A stretch of 64,000 nt of DNA, taken from positions 6,599-70,598 of the forward strand of contig JBJKYM010000015.1 of the NCBI GenBank assembly GCA_045561025.1. Direction: 5' to 3'. Source of the DNA: Candidatus Rariloculaceae bacterium (GTDB taxonomy: Bacteria > Pseudomonadota > Gammaproteobacteria > Steroidobacterales > Rariloculaceae). Positions 47,298 to 57,555 of this stretch are shown piece by piece. The notes beneath the pieces were generated by a model. That model did no database searches and had not been told where the DNA came from. It saw only the letters and a program-made list of their open reading frames with translations. Each line of letters starts with the position of its first letter. Position 1 is the first letter of the stretch. A program made the position numbers and the translations under genes.

Positions 47298-48362
47298 ATG
47301 CAATATCGGCTGCTCATCGCATCCATTGCGTTACTGACTCTTAGTTCGGGCGGGCGGCTCCATGCGCATCATGGTGCCGCCGCTCATTTCGATCCCAACG
47401 ATGTGGTGACGCTTAATGGCGTCATTACCGAGCTGCAGTTCGTCAATCCACATTCATTCGTCCACATCGACGTCAGCGATCCCAATGGCGAAGTGACATC
47501 CTGGCGCTGCGAGCTCTCCGGCACCTCACAACTTTTACGACGCGGCTGGACCCCCGAGACACTGGCGCCTGGACAATCGATAGAACTGGTTGGCGAACGT
47601 GCGCGTCGCGAAGCAAACTCCTGCGCCATGTTGACCATCGCGTTCACCGACGGAAAGGTCATCGAAGCGGGCGAAGCTATTGAGGGCGCGGCGATTCCGC
47701 AGGCTGTCGCCAGCTCGGAGGTGGCAGCCAGGCGCTCAAAATATCTGGCGAACGGTCAGCCCAACTTCGCCGGATCCTGGGTCGCTCAAACCGGTAACGC
47801 CACTGGCGGTGCGGTTACGAACGGCGCACCGGTCCCAACAGCGGCAGGGGTCGCGGCCTCGGAGCGTTTCGACTTCCGATTCGACAATCCGGTGATTCGC
47901 TGCGAGAGCGGCAATATCATCGCGGACTGGTACAGGCAGTCGCACGTCAACGAGATCGAACAGGACGATAATCGAATTACGCTGCGCTATGGTTATCTCG
48001 ATCTTGTACGCACCATTCATCTTGATGTGGTCGAACATCCGGATATTGCTGTGCCGAGTGTGGTAGGGCATTCCATCGGGCACTGGGACGGCGACGTGCT
48101 TGTCGTCGATACCCTCGGGTTTCAAGAGCTGGCGCTGCATCCACGTCAGGAGATCATGCTTAGCAGTCAGGCTCGCATCGAGGAGCGCTTCTTCTACGAT
48201 GACGCGACGCGTACGCTGGTTCGCGACTACACTATTTTCGATCCGCAGTATCTCGAACAGCCTTATAGCGGTCGGAATGTCGCGGACATCGCCGCCAGAC
48301 CGTACCAGCCGTTCGAGTGCGTTGATCTAAGCGGTGAGAATAAACGCCGACCAGTAGAATAA
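47298..48362 (+). CDS. HH/NPH family member (fused N+C domains)
   Basis: MQYRLLIASIALLTLSSGGRLHA|HHGAAAHFD, FVNPH, FAGSWVAQ, IRCESGNI, IGHWDGDVLVVDT, QPFEC. Confidence 0.8.
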   Translation: MQYRLLIASIALLTLSSGGRLHAHHGAAAHFDPNDVVTLNGVITELQFVNPHSFVHIDVSDPNGEVTSWRCELSGTSQLLRRGWTPETLAPGQSIELVGERARREANSCAMLTIAFTDGKVIEAGEAIEGAAIPQAVASSEVAARRSKYLANGQPNFAGSWVAQTGNATGGAVTNGAPVPTAAGVAASERFDFRFDNPVIRCESGNIIADWYRQSHVNEIEQDDNRITLRYGYLDLVRTIHLDVVEHPDIAVPSVVGHSIGHWDGDVLVVDTLGFQELALHPRQEIMLSSQARIEERFFYDDATRTLVRDYTIFDPQYLEQPYSGRNVADIAARPYQPFECVDLSGENKRRPVE

Positions 48363-48370
48363 TCGCCTGA

Positions 48371-49330
48371 TCAAAAAGCGACCTGATCTCCGCCCTTGAG
48401 ATCGAGCATCTGCCGCGCCTCGTCCGGCGTAGCGACCTCGAGCGACAGTCCTGAGATGACCTCGCGTATCAGTCCCACCTGTTCCGCGCTGGATTCCGCC
48501 AGTTTGCCCGGCCCGGCCCAGAGTGAGTCTTCCAGGCCCACACGAACATTGGCGCCCATGGCGGCGCCCATACTTGCGAGTCGTATCTGGCTTCCTCCGG
48601 CGCCCAGAATCGACCAGCGGTAGTCGTCACCGAAAAGTCTGTCCGCGGTTCGCCGCATATGGGAGAGATCTTCGGGGTGTGTGCCGATGCCACCGAGAAT
48701 TCCGAATACGCTCTGCACGAACAGCGGTGGTTTAACCAGGCCGCGGTCCAGAAAGTGCGCGAGATTGTAGACGTGGGAAATGTCGTAGCACTCGAACTCG
48801 AAGCGCGTACCGTTCTCTCCGCAGGTCGTCAGGATCCTTTCTATATCGGCGAAGGTGTTGCGAAACACGAGGTCCTTGCTGTTCTCGAGATGCGCACGCT
48901 CCCATTCGTGTTCAAATTCCGTATATCGCTTCAGCATCGGGTACAACCCGAAGTTCATCGAGCCCATATTCAGCGACGCCAACTCCGGTTGTAACTGCAG
49001 CGCGGGCTGCAGGCGTTCATCCACGGTCATGTGTGGGCTTCCGCCCGTCGTGAGATTCACTACGGCATTAGTCGCGGCCTTGATCTGCGGCAGGAACTGT
49101 CGAAACACTTCGGGATCCTGCGTCGGACGGCCGTCCTCCGGGTCGCGCGCATGTAAATGCAGCACGGTTGCACCCGCTTCTGTAGCGGCGATACCGGCCT
49201 CGGCAATCTCAGCCGGTGTTACCGGCAGATAAGGAGACATCGACGGTGTATGAATAGCACCTGTCGGTGCACAGGTAATAATGACTTTACTTGCCAACTC
49301 AGCCTCCAAAACGTGGTTCGGGTACGCCAC
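48371..49330 (-). CDS. 3-keto-5-aminohexanoate cleavage enzyme family (BKACE/DUF849) protein
   Basis: VIITCAPTGAIHTPSMSPYLPVTPAEIAEAGIAATEAGATVLHLHARDPEDGRPTQD is typical BKACE. The GTG 49330 start overlaps the upstream gene by 32 nt. TTG 49297, preceded by GGAGG and directly after the upstream TGA, is an alternative start. Confidence 0.8.
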   Translation of the reverse strand: MAYPNHVLEAELASKVIITCAPTGAIHTPSMSPYLPVTPAEIAEAGIAATEAGATVLHLHARDPEDGRPTQDPEVFRQFLPQIKAATNAVVNLTTGGSPHMTVDERLQPALQLQPELASLNMGSMNFGLYPMLKRYTEFEHEWERAHLENSKDLVFRNTFADIERILTTCGENGTRFEFECYDISHVYNLAHFLDRGLVKPPLFVQSVFGILGGIGTHPEDLSHMRRTADRLFGDDYRWSILGAGGSQIRLASMGAAMGANVRVGLEDSLWAGPGKLAESSAEQVGLIREVISGLSLEVATPDEARQMLDLKGGDQVAF

Positions 49331-50213
49331 GAATTCCCAAGCCGGTGATTCGAAACAGCGCGCCGGCGGAGAACTGCGGTTTCAGGTCAATATCGAAGCG
49401 ATCGTGGACTGCAGGGTGCTTGACCCTGGCCATCGACGTTACGTAGATTTCGTCGAGATTATCACCGCCGAACATGACGGACGTGATATTGCGTACGGGC
49501 ATTCCTATCTTGCGTTCAACCTTACCCTCAGGATCGTAGCGAACGAGATCGCCGGTAATGAGCTCCGCGTTCCAGAGGCAGCCTTCGGCATCGATAGTCG
49601 AGCCGTCGGGAACGCCGTTGGAAGACTTCGTGTCGGCAAAGACGCGTTTACCTGACACGGTACCTGTATCGAGGTCGTAGTCGTAGGCCCAGAATTCGTC
49701 GACGAAGGTGTCGGCGATGTAAAACGTCTTGTCGTCCGGGCTCCAGCATGGCCCGTTCGAACAGATAATTCCGGAATCGACTTTCGTGATCGAGAGATCC
49801 GGATCCAGCTTCCACAAACCGCAGACAGCGAGTTCTTCCTTGTCGTCCATTCCGCCAGCGAAGAAACGGCCATTGCGATCGACCTTGCCATCGTTGAGCC
49901 TCGTTCTTGGCTGATCGGCGTCGACGAGGCTGATCAGGTCGAGCTGATTCGCCTCGGGGTCGAAGAAATAGAAGCCGTCATCCAATGCCAGAACCAACTT
50001 GCCGTTCTCGCGCACGGCGAGCGCGCCAACATCGTGATCCATAGACCAGCTATCGACCTTGCCGCTTCGCGGCTCAAGCCGCCAAATCGAGGGGTTGCCG
50101 ACGCGACGTCCTGTCCCGTCGAGCCACCAGAGAAGCCCGGTTTCCTGATCCCACACCGGGCCCTCTCCGAGGTGGTTACCACAGTCGAGAACACGTTCGA
50201 TTCGATAGCTCAT
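49299..50213 (-). CDS. SMP-30/gluconolactonase/LRE-family protein
   Basis: LGEGPVWDQETGLLWWLD N-terminal motif and PDGSTIDAEGCLWNA blade; 304 aa. Confidence 0.85.
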   Translation of the reverse strand: MSYRIERVLDCGNHLGEGPVWDQETGLLWWLDGTGRRVGNPSIWRLEPRSGKVDSWSMDHDVGALAVRENGKLVLALDDGFYFFDPEANQLDLISLVDADQPRTRLNDGKVDRNGRFFAGGMDDKEELAVCGLWKLDPDLSITKVDSGIICSNGPCWSPDDKTFYIADTFVDEFWAYDYDLDTGTVSGKRVFADTKSSNGVPDGSTIDAEGCLWNAELITGDLVRYDPEGKVERKIGMPVRNITSVMFGGDNLDEIYVTSMARVKHPAVHDRFDIDLKPQFSAGALFRITGLGIRGVPEPRFGG

Positions 50214-50476
50214 GATCAGGATTGCCTTCGCGAGTTGCCCGGAGAGAAGATAGCCTCTCGGGCCACTCGTATGGCGATTTCTCCCCAGTCTTTCTTTTGC
50301 CGAGCGGCGTTTCGATTTTCCGTCAAGGGTACTATTCCGGCGTCGGAAACAACAGAAGCGCGGGCTCTGTAGCTACCGCATTCGGTCAGGTAGAAGCCGA
50401 TTCTCACGATGGCGGCGCGCAGCGCCAAGAGGGCGTAGAATCGTACGTTAAGAATAACTCTCATCAGGAAGGGAGA

Positions 50477-52507
50477 ATGCTCTGGATGGGCCTCGGGGAT
50501 AACAGTAAACCTGGCCGCGCAGGCGTCGTATTTCTCGCGATTACGGTCGCTTGCCTGCATGCGTTGCCGGCCACTGCTGAAGTCGTTCGTATCGATGTCG
50601 AGACACGCGGCGTCGTTGCTGATGGCAAAGCTTTCGGGCTGGCAGGCACGTACGAGCGGCTCGTCGGACGAATTCACTACGCCGTCGATCCGGCGAACGC
50701 TGCCAATCGGGTTGTCCGCGACATCGACTTTGCGCCGACCAACAGCGCGGGGCTGGTGGAGTTCTCTTCAGACTTCTATCTTCTGAAGCCCGTAGACGCG
50801 GCTGCAGGTAACGGCACCGTCTTCGTCGATGTCATGAATCGTGGCCGCAAGAGGGCGCTGGGCTATTTCAATCTCGCTCCGGCTTCGCTCGAGCCGGTAA
50901 CCGAGGCCGATCTCGGCGATGGTTTTCTGATGAACGAAGGCTTCTCGGTGCTTTATATCGGCTGGCAGTTCGATGCGCCGCAGCAAGAGAATTTCATGCG
51001 CGTATATCCACCGGTCGCGACTGACGATGGAGAGTCCTTCGAGGGACTGGTCCGCAGCGACTGGGTCGTCACCGAGCGAAGTTTCGATTATTCGCTCGGC
51101 GACCGAGGGCACGTTCCGTACGCGGTCGTCGATCCCGAGGATCCGCGCAACCAGCTTACCGTCCGCGACTCCGCGGCGAGTGAGCGCGAGGTAATACCGC
51201 GCGAGCAATGGCAGTTCGGACGAGTCGAAGACGGCCGCATGGTTGCGGACCCGACGCGTGTCTATCTGTCGACCGGGTTCGATCCTGGCAGGATCTATGA
51301 GGCTGTATTCGTTGCTGGCGACCCGCCGATCGCGGGGCTCGGGCTTGCGGCGATGCGTGACACGGTCTCGCATATGAAATACGACGCGGTGGAGGCTTTT
51401 GGCCTGCCATCCGGCGCAATCGAGCGAGCGATTACTTTCGGTGACTCCCAGGCCGGCCGTCTATTGCGTCACTTTCTGTATGACGGTTTCAATGTCGACG
51501 AACAGCAACGCATGGCGTTCGATGGTTTCATCCCGCACCTCGCGTCGAATGCGACGGGTAGCTTTAACCATCGCTTCGCACAACCCTCCCGCGCCGTAGA
51601 CAGAAGCTACTTCTATCCGGGCGACCAGTTCCCGTTCTCCGATGTTCTGCAGGAAGATCCGGTCACGGGTGTTGAGGACAGTTTGCTGGCTCGGCTGACT
51701 CCGGAGACGACTCCGAAAGTCTTCTACACGAATACATCGACGGAGTACTGGCGTTTACCGACGGCGCTTATCCATTCGACGCCCGATGGATCGCAGCATT
51801 TACCGCCGGCGGATACATCCAGAATCTACCTTTTTTCGGGAACCCAACACGTTCCGGCTCGGTTCCCGGAGAATCGGCTGGATGGGCTCCAGATCGGCAA
51901 TCCGAATAACTATCGCTGGTTTCTGCGTGCACTGTTACTCGCTCTGAACGACTGGATCGAGTATGGGACTCTGCCGCCGGCGAGCAGCTATCCAACATTA
52001 GAGGGCGGCACGCTCGCTGAGCTTGATGACATTCGCTTTCCCGTCATCCCCCGGGTGCGTTTGCCCAGCGAAGTCAGTCGCGCGTATCGCCTCGACTACG
52101 GCCCGCGATACATCTCAGAGGGAATCATCACGAATGAGCCGCCGATCGTGCATTCGGTATTTCCGTTTCTCGTCGCGCAGGTCGATGAGGGTGGCAACGA
52201 GATTGGCGGCTTGCGGTCGCCCGAGCATAGGGTACCGCTGGCGACCTATACCGGATGGAGTCCGTTCAACCCGATCTCGACGCCCGGTTCCTACATTCCA
52301 TTTTCGAGAACCCGCGCTGATCGGGAAGCTGCCGGCGACGAGAGGCCATCGATAGAAGAACTGTACGCAGGTCGTGAGCAATACCTCGGGCTCGTCGCAT
52401 CGGCGGGGCTGGAGCTGATCGAGTCGGGTTACATTCTTCCGCAGGATCTTCCCGCGATCCTCACGGATGCCGGTAGTCACTGGGACTTTCTTATGTCTGG
52501 AAACTGA
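50477..52507 (+). CDS. large exported protein, alpha/beta-hydrolase-like hypothetical family
   Basis: ATG 50477 after an AGGAAGGGAG RBS; signal region VVFLAITVACLHALPATAEV. N-terminal text AFGLAGTYERLVGRIHYAVDPANAANRVVRDIDFAP...VEFSSDFYLLKP...GNGTVFVDVMNRGRK resembles conserved 650-aa alpha/beta-hydrolase-domain hypotheticals as I recall them. Function unknown. Confidence 0.6.
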   Translation: MLWMGLGDNSKPGRAGVVFLAITVACLHALPATAEVVRIDVETRGVVADGKAFGLAGTYERLVGRIHYAVDPANAANRVVRDIDFAPTNSAGLVEFSSDFYLLKPVDAAAGNGTVFVDVMNRGRKRALGYFNLAPASLEPVTEADLGDGFLMNEGFSVLYIGWQFDAPQQENFMRVYPPVATDDGESFEGLVRSDWVVTERSFDYSLGDRGHVPYAVVDPEDPRNQLTVRDSAASEREVIPREQWQFGRVEDGRMVADPTRVYLSTGFDPGRIYEAVFVAGDPPIAGLGLAAMRDTVSHMKYDAVEAFGLPSGAIERAITFGDSQAGRLLRHFLYDGFNVDEQQRMAFDGFIPHLASNATGSFNHRFAQPSRAVDRSYFYPGDQFPFSDVLQEDPVTGVEDSLLARLTPETTPKVFYTNTSTEYWRLPTALIHSTPDGSQHLPPADTSRIYLFSGTQHVPARFPENRLDGLQIGNPNNYRWFLRALLLALNDWIEYGTLPPASSYPTLEGGTLAELDDIRFPVIPRVRLPSEVSRAYRLDYGPRYISEGIITNEPPIVHSVFPFLVAQVDEGGNEIGGLRSPEHRVPLATYTGWSPFNPISTPGSYIPFSRTRADREAAGDERPSIEELYAGREQYLGLVASAGLELIESGYILPQDLPAILTDAGSHWDFLMSGN

Positions 52508-52530
52508 TTAGTACTGAGGGGGAGAGCTCA

Positions 52531-53895
52531 ATGTCACGATCCAAGATTCGAGTCGCTCAATTTCTGGCAGCCACCACGCTGACGATTTTTGCCAGTGGCG
52601 GTTTCGGTTATCCGTCGATCTACCCGACGGGGACGACGATCTACGATCCGGACAGGGCGTGGAACGGCTACACGATTCATCCGACGCCAGAGGGCAAGGG
52701 CGCCGTCCTGATAGATATGAACGGTAACGTTATCCGGCGATTTGCTGAGTTCACCAGTTCGCCGATCAGGATCATGCCAGGTGGCTATATCATGGGCGGC
52801 AGCGGTGAGGCAGTCGTACAACTGGACTGGGATGGCAACGAGGTCTGGCGGTTCGATCGCACGGAGCAGATCGAAGACGAGGATGGCAACAGGATCTGGT
52901 CGGCCCGTCAGCATCACGATTGGCAACGCGAGGGGAGTCCGGCCGGTTATTACTCGCCTGACTCGGCACCCGAGCAGACGAGCGGCCGGACACTGATACT
53001 CGCGTTCAGGAATCTGACCGTCCCGGAGATCAGCGACAAGCGTCTGCGTGACGACTATTTTCTGGAGGTGTCGTGGGATGGCGAGATTCTTTGGGACTGG
53101 ACCTTAAGCGATCATGTCGATGAGCTTGGCCTCTCGGAAGCTGCCCGGAATGCCATATACCGTCATCCTGGCTGGAACGAGGGAACTCAGAGCGCAGACT
53201 GGATGCACATCAACTCGCTGTCCTACATCGGACCGAATCGTTGGTACGACGACGGCGATGAGCGTTTCCACCCGGACAATGTGATATTCAGCAGTCGATC
53301 CGCGAACATCGTCGCAATCGTCAGCCGCTCGGGCAATATCGTCTGGCGTGTGGGCCCCGACTACCGCGAGACCAGGGAGATGCGCGAGATCGGTCAGGTC
53401 ATTGGTTAGCATCACCCACATATGATTCCTGAAGGGCTACCGGGCGCGGGCAATATCATGGTCTTCGACAACGGTGGGGGCGCCGGCTTCGGCGAGTCGA
53501 ATCCGTTCGCGCCCGACGGTCGTTTTATCGTCGAGCGTTACAGTTCGCGGGTGCTCGAGATCGATCCAGTGACGATGGAGAAGGTCTGGGAGTACTCAAT
53601 TCAGGGGCACGGTCGCTTTCACTTCTTCAGTCACAACGTCAGCATGGCGCAGCGGCTACCTAACGGTAATACGCTTATCACCGAAGGGGCAGCCGGTCGG
53701 GTATTCGAGGTCACCGTAGAAGGCGAGATTGTTTGGGAGTACCTCAATCCATTCTTCTACGAGCCGGACGATACGCGACACAATATTTATCGCGCCTATC
53801 GCGTGCCTTACGATTGGATTCCACAGCTTACTCCGCCCGAGGAGCGCGCTGTCGTGCCGCCGCACCCGAGCGAATTTCGGATCGAACCGCAATGA
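52531..53895 (+). pseudogene. arylsulfotransferase (ASST)-like beta-propeller gene interrupted by one in-frame TAG
   Basis: ORFs 52531-53409 and 53422-53895 are in one frame: ...EMREIGQVIG*HHPHMIPEGLPGAGNIMVFDNGGGAGFG.... N-terminus TTIYDPDRAWNGYTIH and HINSLSY are ASST-like. TAG at 53407-53409. Confidence 0.65.
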
Positions 53896-53940
53896 ACCGG
53901 ATGCGCAGCGCAGCCAGAAAGACGCAGTCAGGAGAACCGT

Positions 53941-55233
53941 ATGACCTTCGCTAAGACAATTCGTATTACCGGCCTGATCGCAGCCAGTCTAACGCTGAGC
54001 TCGGTAGCGTTCGCGGATCCGATTCCCGCCGGTGCCCGTGGAGAGAATATCGAAGCAATCGGCTATGTCGATGCGCCGAACTCGTCGCCTTTCAAGATGT
54101 CACTGCTGGAATCCGACGGCCGCTGGTACATGTATACGTCCAATCTCTTTCACCGTGGCTGGACCATTTTTGACGTTACGGACCCGACGGATCCCCAGAT
54201 GGTGAAGTTCATCGACGGGCCGGATAACACGGGCACATGGCAGCTCGATATTGCCGATGGCCTGATGATTACATCCTACGACGCGCTGTCCGCGGTCTGG
54301 GGTGGCGATCCGGATCGACCGCACGCGTCGGAAGCGGTCTTGATCTGGAGTCTTGAAGATCCCCTGAATCCACGTCAGATCGGCAGCTTCACAACCGGTG
54401 GCGGTACGCATCGAAACGGTTACTTCGGTGGAGACTACATGCATCTCGCCGCCAATCTGCCGGGCTACCGCGGCGAGGTGTACATGATCGTCGATATCAG
54501 CGATCCGGCGAACCCGGTAGAGGCCGGACGTTTCGCGACCGCGGGAATGAAGGAGACAGATGAGGAGCCCTACGACCTTGGACGTCTTCATGGTCCCGCT
54601 GACGTCCGCGGCGATCTGGCATTTCTGCCAATGGGCGGTTCTGGATTCATCATCGCAGACATCAGCAATCCGGCGAACATTACGGAGATCAGCCGTCTCG
54701 ATTTCGGCCCGCTGTTCGGCCCGACACATCTCTCAGTCCATACGACAACGCCCTATCTCGAGCGTGGGCTGGCCATCGTCAATAGCGAAGCAATCGCAGA
54801 GAACTGTGACGAGGCGCTGAACTATGCCGGGCTGGTCGACATTTCGGACCGCGAGGCGCCGCGTCTGATTTCTTCCTTTCCCCTGCCGCAGCCGCCCGCA
54901 GGCGAGCGCCCCGACTATTTCTGTACACACGGCGGCCGGTTCGGACCGCACAACCAGAATCAGCTGCAGCACAATCCGCTCGTCGAGAACCAGACCGACC
55001 GCGTCTATCTGACCTACTTCAACGCCGGACTGCGTATCTACGATATCTCGACGCCAAGAAATCCGCAGGAAATCGGCTGGTTCCTGCCACCGGATCCGAC
55101 CGAGCGTCGGGGTCCGTTACCGAGAGGCGCACTGGCGTTACAGAGCGAGGACGTATTGGTCGATACCCGCGGCAATATCTTTGTCAGCCACAAGAATCAG
55201 GGTATCTGGGTCCTGCGCCACACTGACGATTAG
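53941..55233 (+). CDS. exported LVIVD-repeat beta-propeller protein
   Basis: Signal peptide MTFAKTIRITGLIAASLTLSSVAFA. Repeats WTIFDVTDPTDPQMV, VYMIVDISDPANPVEAGRF, GFIIADISNPANITE, LRIYDISTPRNPQEIGWF. Confidence 0.75.
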   Translation: MTFAKTIRITGLIAASLTLSSVAFADPIPAGARGENIEAIGYVDAPNSSPFKMSLLESDGRWYMYTSNLFHRGWTIFDVTDPTDPQMVKFIDGPDNTGTWQLDIADGLMITSYDALSAVWGGDPDRPHASEAVLIWSLEDPLNPRQIGSFTTGGGTHRNGYFGGDYMHLAANLPGYRGEVYMIVDISDPANPVEAGRFATAGMKETDEEPYDLGRLHGPADVRGDLAFLPMGGSGFIIADISNPANITEISRLDFGPLFGPTHLSVHTTTPYLERGLAIVNSEAIAENCDEALNYAGLVDISDREAPRLISSFPLPQPPAGERPDYFCTHGGRFGPHNQNQLQHNPLVENQTDRVYLTYFNAGLRIYDISTPRNPQEIGWFLPPDPTERRGPLPRGALALQSEDVLVDTRGNIFVSHKNQGIWVLRHTDD

Positions 55234-55246
55234 ATCGAGAGGACGA

Positions 55247-56608
55247 ATGATCAGAATAGCTACATTTCTACTGTTGGCTGCCGGAGTCTCCGGATCAGCT
55301 TCGGCTCAGTCGGTCGCGCTCGAACGCCTGATGGAGTACATCGAGATCGACACGATCAATCCGCCGGGCAATGAGATTCGTGGCGCGCGTTACTTCGCGG
55401 AGATTTTCGATGCTGCAGGCATCGACTACGAGATCGCGGAGTCTGCGCCGGGCCGTGGCAATATCTGGGCCCGACTGGAAGGCGGTGATGAGCCGGCACT
55501 CGTTCTGCTGCATCACATTGACGTCGTTCCGGCGACGGTTTCGGCCTGGGACAGCGATCCTCTTGTTGCGACGATCCGCGACGGCGTCTTATTCGGCCGC
55601 GGCACACTCGATACGAAATCGTTGGGGATCATGCATCTCGAGGCATTTCTCGCCTTGCACGAGAGCGGGCAGGCCCTGAACCGAGACCTGATATTTATGG
55701 CGACTGCCGATGAAGAAGCCGGTGGTTTCTACGGTGCGGGCTGGCTCGTCGAGAATCGCCCCGAGATATTCGCCGATGCCGGCTATCTGTTGAACGAAGG
55801 CGGCCGCGGCATGGAGTCGGGAGGGGAGGTGTCCTTCCAGATCGAGCTGGCTCAAAAGCGCCCTTACTGGCTGCGTCTCACCGCAACCGATGAGCCCGGG
55901 CATGGTTCGCGCCCACTCTCATCCTCGGCTCCGACACGACTCATTGCGGCGTTGCAAAGAATCCAGGAGACGCCGTTCGAGCCACGTATCGTTCCGCCGG
56001 TGCGTGAGATGTTCGCGCGTATCGCTGACAACGTCGACCCGATGTGGCAGGACGCACTCGCCGATATCGATACGGCCATTAAGGACCCTGAATTCGCCGC
56101 GAGGTTCCAGGCGGCTGAACCCAGCCTGCATGCGCTGATTCGGAACACCTGCTCAATTACGATGTTGACCGGGAGTCAGAAGATTAACGTCGTGCCGCCG
56201 ACGGCGAGTGCCGAACTCGACTGCCGGATTCTTCCGGATCAGGACGCCGCCGAGTTTCTCGAAGGGATCCGGTCTCGAATCGATGACGATCAGATAGAAA
56301 TAGAGGAACTCATGTTATTCAGTGCCGCTGCCTCGAGTGCGGACACGAGTCTCTATGCGCTACTGGAGGGGATCATCAGAAAGTATTTTCCCGGGGCCGG
56401 CATCGCACCCGGTGTAACGACCGGATTCACCGATAGCCATTTTTTCCGCGACATCGATATCGAAAGTTACGGCTACAACCCGGCCGTTCGGCCTGCAGCG
56501 ACCGCATCCGGTGTGCACGGAAACAACGAGAGAATCGGTATCGAGACCTTCGAACGGGGCGTTTCGATCATGATCGAAACCGTAGAAGCGTTCGTTAGCG
56601 ACGAATAG
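55247..56608 (+). CDS. exported M20/M25/M40-family metallopeptidase
   Basis: Signal peptide MIRIATFLLLAAGVSGSASAQ; motifs LVLLHHIDVVPA, FMATADEEAGG, LLNEGG. Start trimmed to ATG 55247. Confidence 0.82.
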   Translation: MIRIATFLLLAAGVSGSASAQSVALERLMEYIEIDTINPPGNEIRGARYFAEIFDAAGIDYEIAESAPGRGNIWARLEGGDEPALVLLHHIDVVPATVSAWDSDPLVATIRDGVLFGRGTLDTKSLGIMHLEAFLALHESGQALNRDLIFMATADEEAGGFYGAGWLVENRPEIFADAGYLLNEGGRGMESGGEVSFQIELAQKRPYWLRLTATDEPGHGSRPLSSSAPTRLIAALQRIQETPFEPRIVPPVREMFARIADNVDPMWQDALADIDTAIKDPEFAARFQAAEPSLHALIRNTCSITMLTGSQKINVVPPTASAELDCRILPDQDAAEFLEGIRSRIDDDQIEIEELMLFSAAASSADTSLYALLEGIIRKYFPGAGIAPGVTTGFTDSHFFRDIDIESYGYNPAVRPAATASGVHGNNERIGIETFERGVSIMIETVEAFVSDE

Positions 56609-56622
56609 ATTCTCGATCGTCC

Positions 56623-57555
56623 GTGTCATCTGGAATCAGAGTCGCAATGATGGGCGCCGGCGGTGTCGGCGGCTACTTTGGGGGTCGGATGGCGGCTGGT
56701 GGTTGCGACGTGACATTTATTGCCCGCGGTCGGCATCTCGACGAAATTCAGGCGAACGGGCTCAGGATCGATAGTCGCGATCTCGATGACGCACGTATTT
56801 ATCCTGCCTCGGCGACGAACGATCCTGCCAGTGTCGGGGTTGTCGACTACGTCATCGTCGGCGTCAAGTTGTGGGACACCGAAGCGGCGGGCCGTGCCAT
56901 TCTGCCGATGCTTGGACCGGATACGACGGTGCTGTCGTTGCAGAACGGTGTCGAATGCGATGAGACGCTGGCAAGTGTTGTTGGCGGGGATCGTCTGATC
57001 GGTGGTGTTGCGTTTATCGCGAGTTCGATCGGTGAGCCAGGGGTAATCAGGCACATCGGTACGATGCAGCGCGTCGTACTCGGTGAGCGCGGGGGTGGAT
57101 CCTCGCCGCGCGTCGATGCCCTGCATGAAGCAATGCTTGCCGGGGGTATCGACGCGGAGATCAGCGATGATATCGAGCGCACTATCTGGGAGAAATTCGT
57201 CTTTCTCGTAGGCCTGAGCGCGACAACGACGAGTCTGCGAACAACGCTCGGTCCGATTCGTGAGCATCCCGAAAGCCGCGAGATGTTGCTTAGCGTCATG
57301 CGAGAAACTGTTGCCGTCGGTCGTGCGAGAGGGATTAGCCTGCCTGACGACTACGCCGACGACCGCCTCGCGTTCGCCGACGGCTTGCCGGTCGAGATGA
57401 CATCCTCGATGCATCACGACTTGGAGGCTGGAAATCCGCTGGAAGTGGGATGGCTCAGCGGCGCTGTTGCCCGTTTCGGAACGGAGGTCGGTGTTCCCAC
57501 TCCCGTCAATCAATCCGTCTTCGAGAAGCTCGAGCAATTCGCGGCTAAAAGATGA
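56623..57555 (+). CDS. ketopantoate reductase (PanE/ApbA) family oxidoreductase
   Basis: VAMMGAGGVGGYFGGRMAAGGCDVTFIARGRHLDEIQANGLRI Rossmann start and ApbA_C-like C-terminus; 310 aa. Confidence 0.8.
   Translation: MSSGIRVAMMGAGGVGGYFGGRMAAGGCDVTFIARGRHLDEIQANGLRIDSRDLDDARIYPASATNDPASVGVVDYVIVGVKLWDTEAAGRAILPMLGPDTTVLSLQNGVECDETLASVVGGDRLIGGVAFIASSIGEPGVIRHIGTMQRVVLGERGGGSSPRVDALHEAMLAGGIDAEISDDIERTIWEKFVFLVGLSATTTSLRTTLGPIREHPESREMLLSVMRETVAVGRARGISLPDDYADDRLAFADGLPVEMTSSMHHDLEAGNPLEVGWLSGAVARFGTEVGVPTPVNQSVFEKLEQFAAKR

Noticed and set aside
53407-53409. Pyrrolysine at the in-frame TAG codons (also 25472 and 26831).
   Set aside because: There are no pyl genes in the window, and the gene families and lineage are not known to use Pyl. 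One TAG aligns with a conserved Trp in paralogs, which points to a simple TGG-to-TAG mutation.
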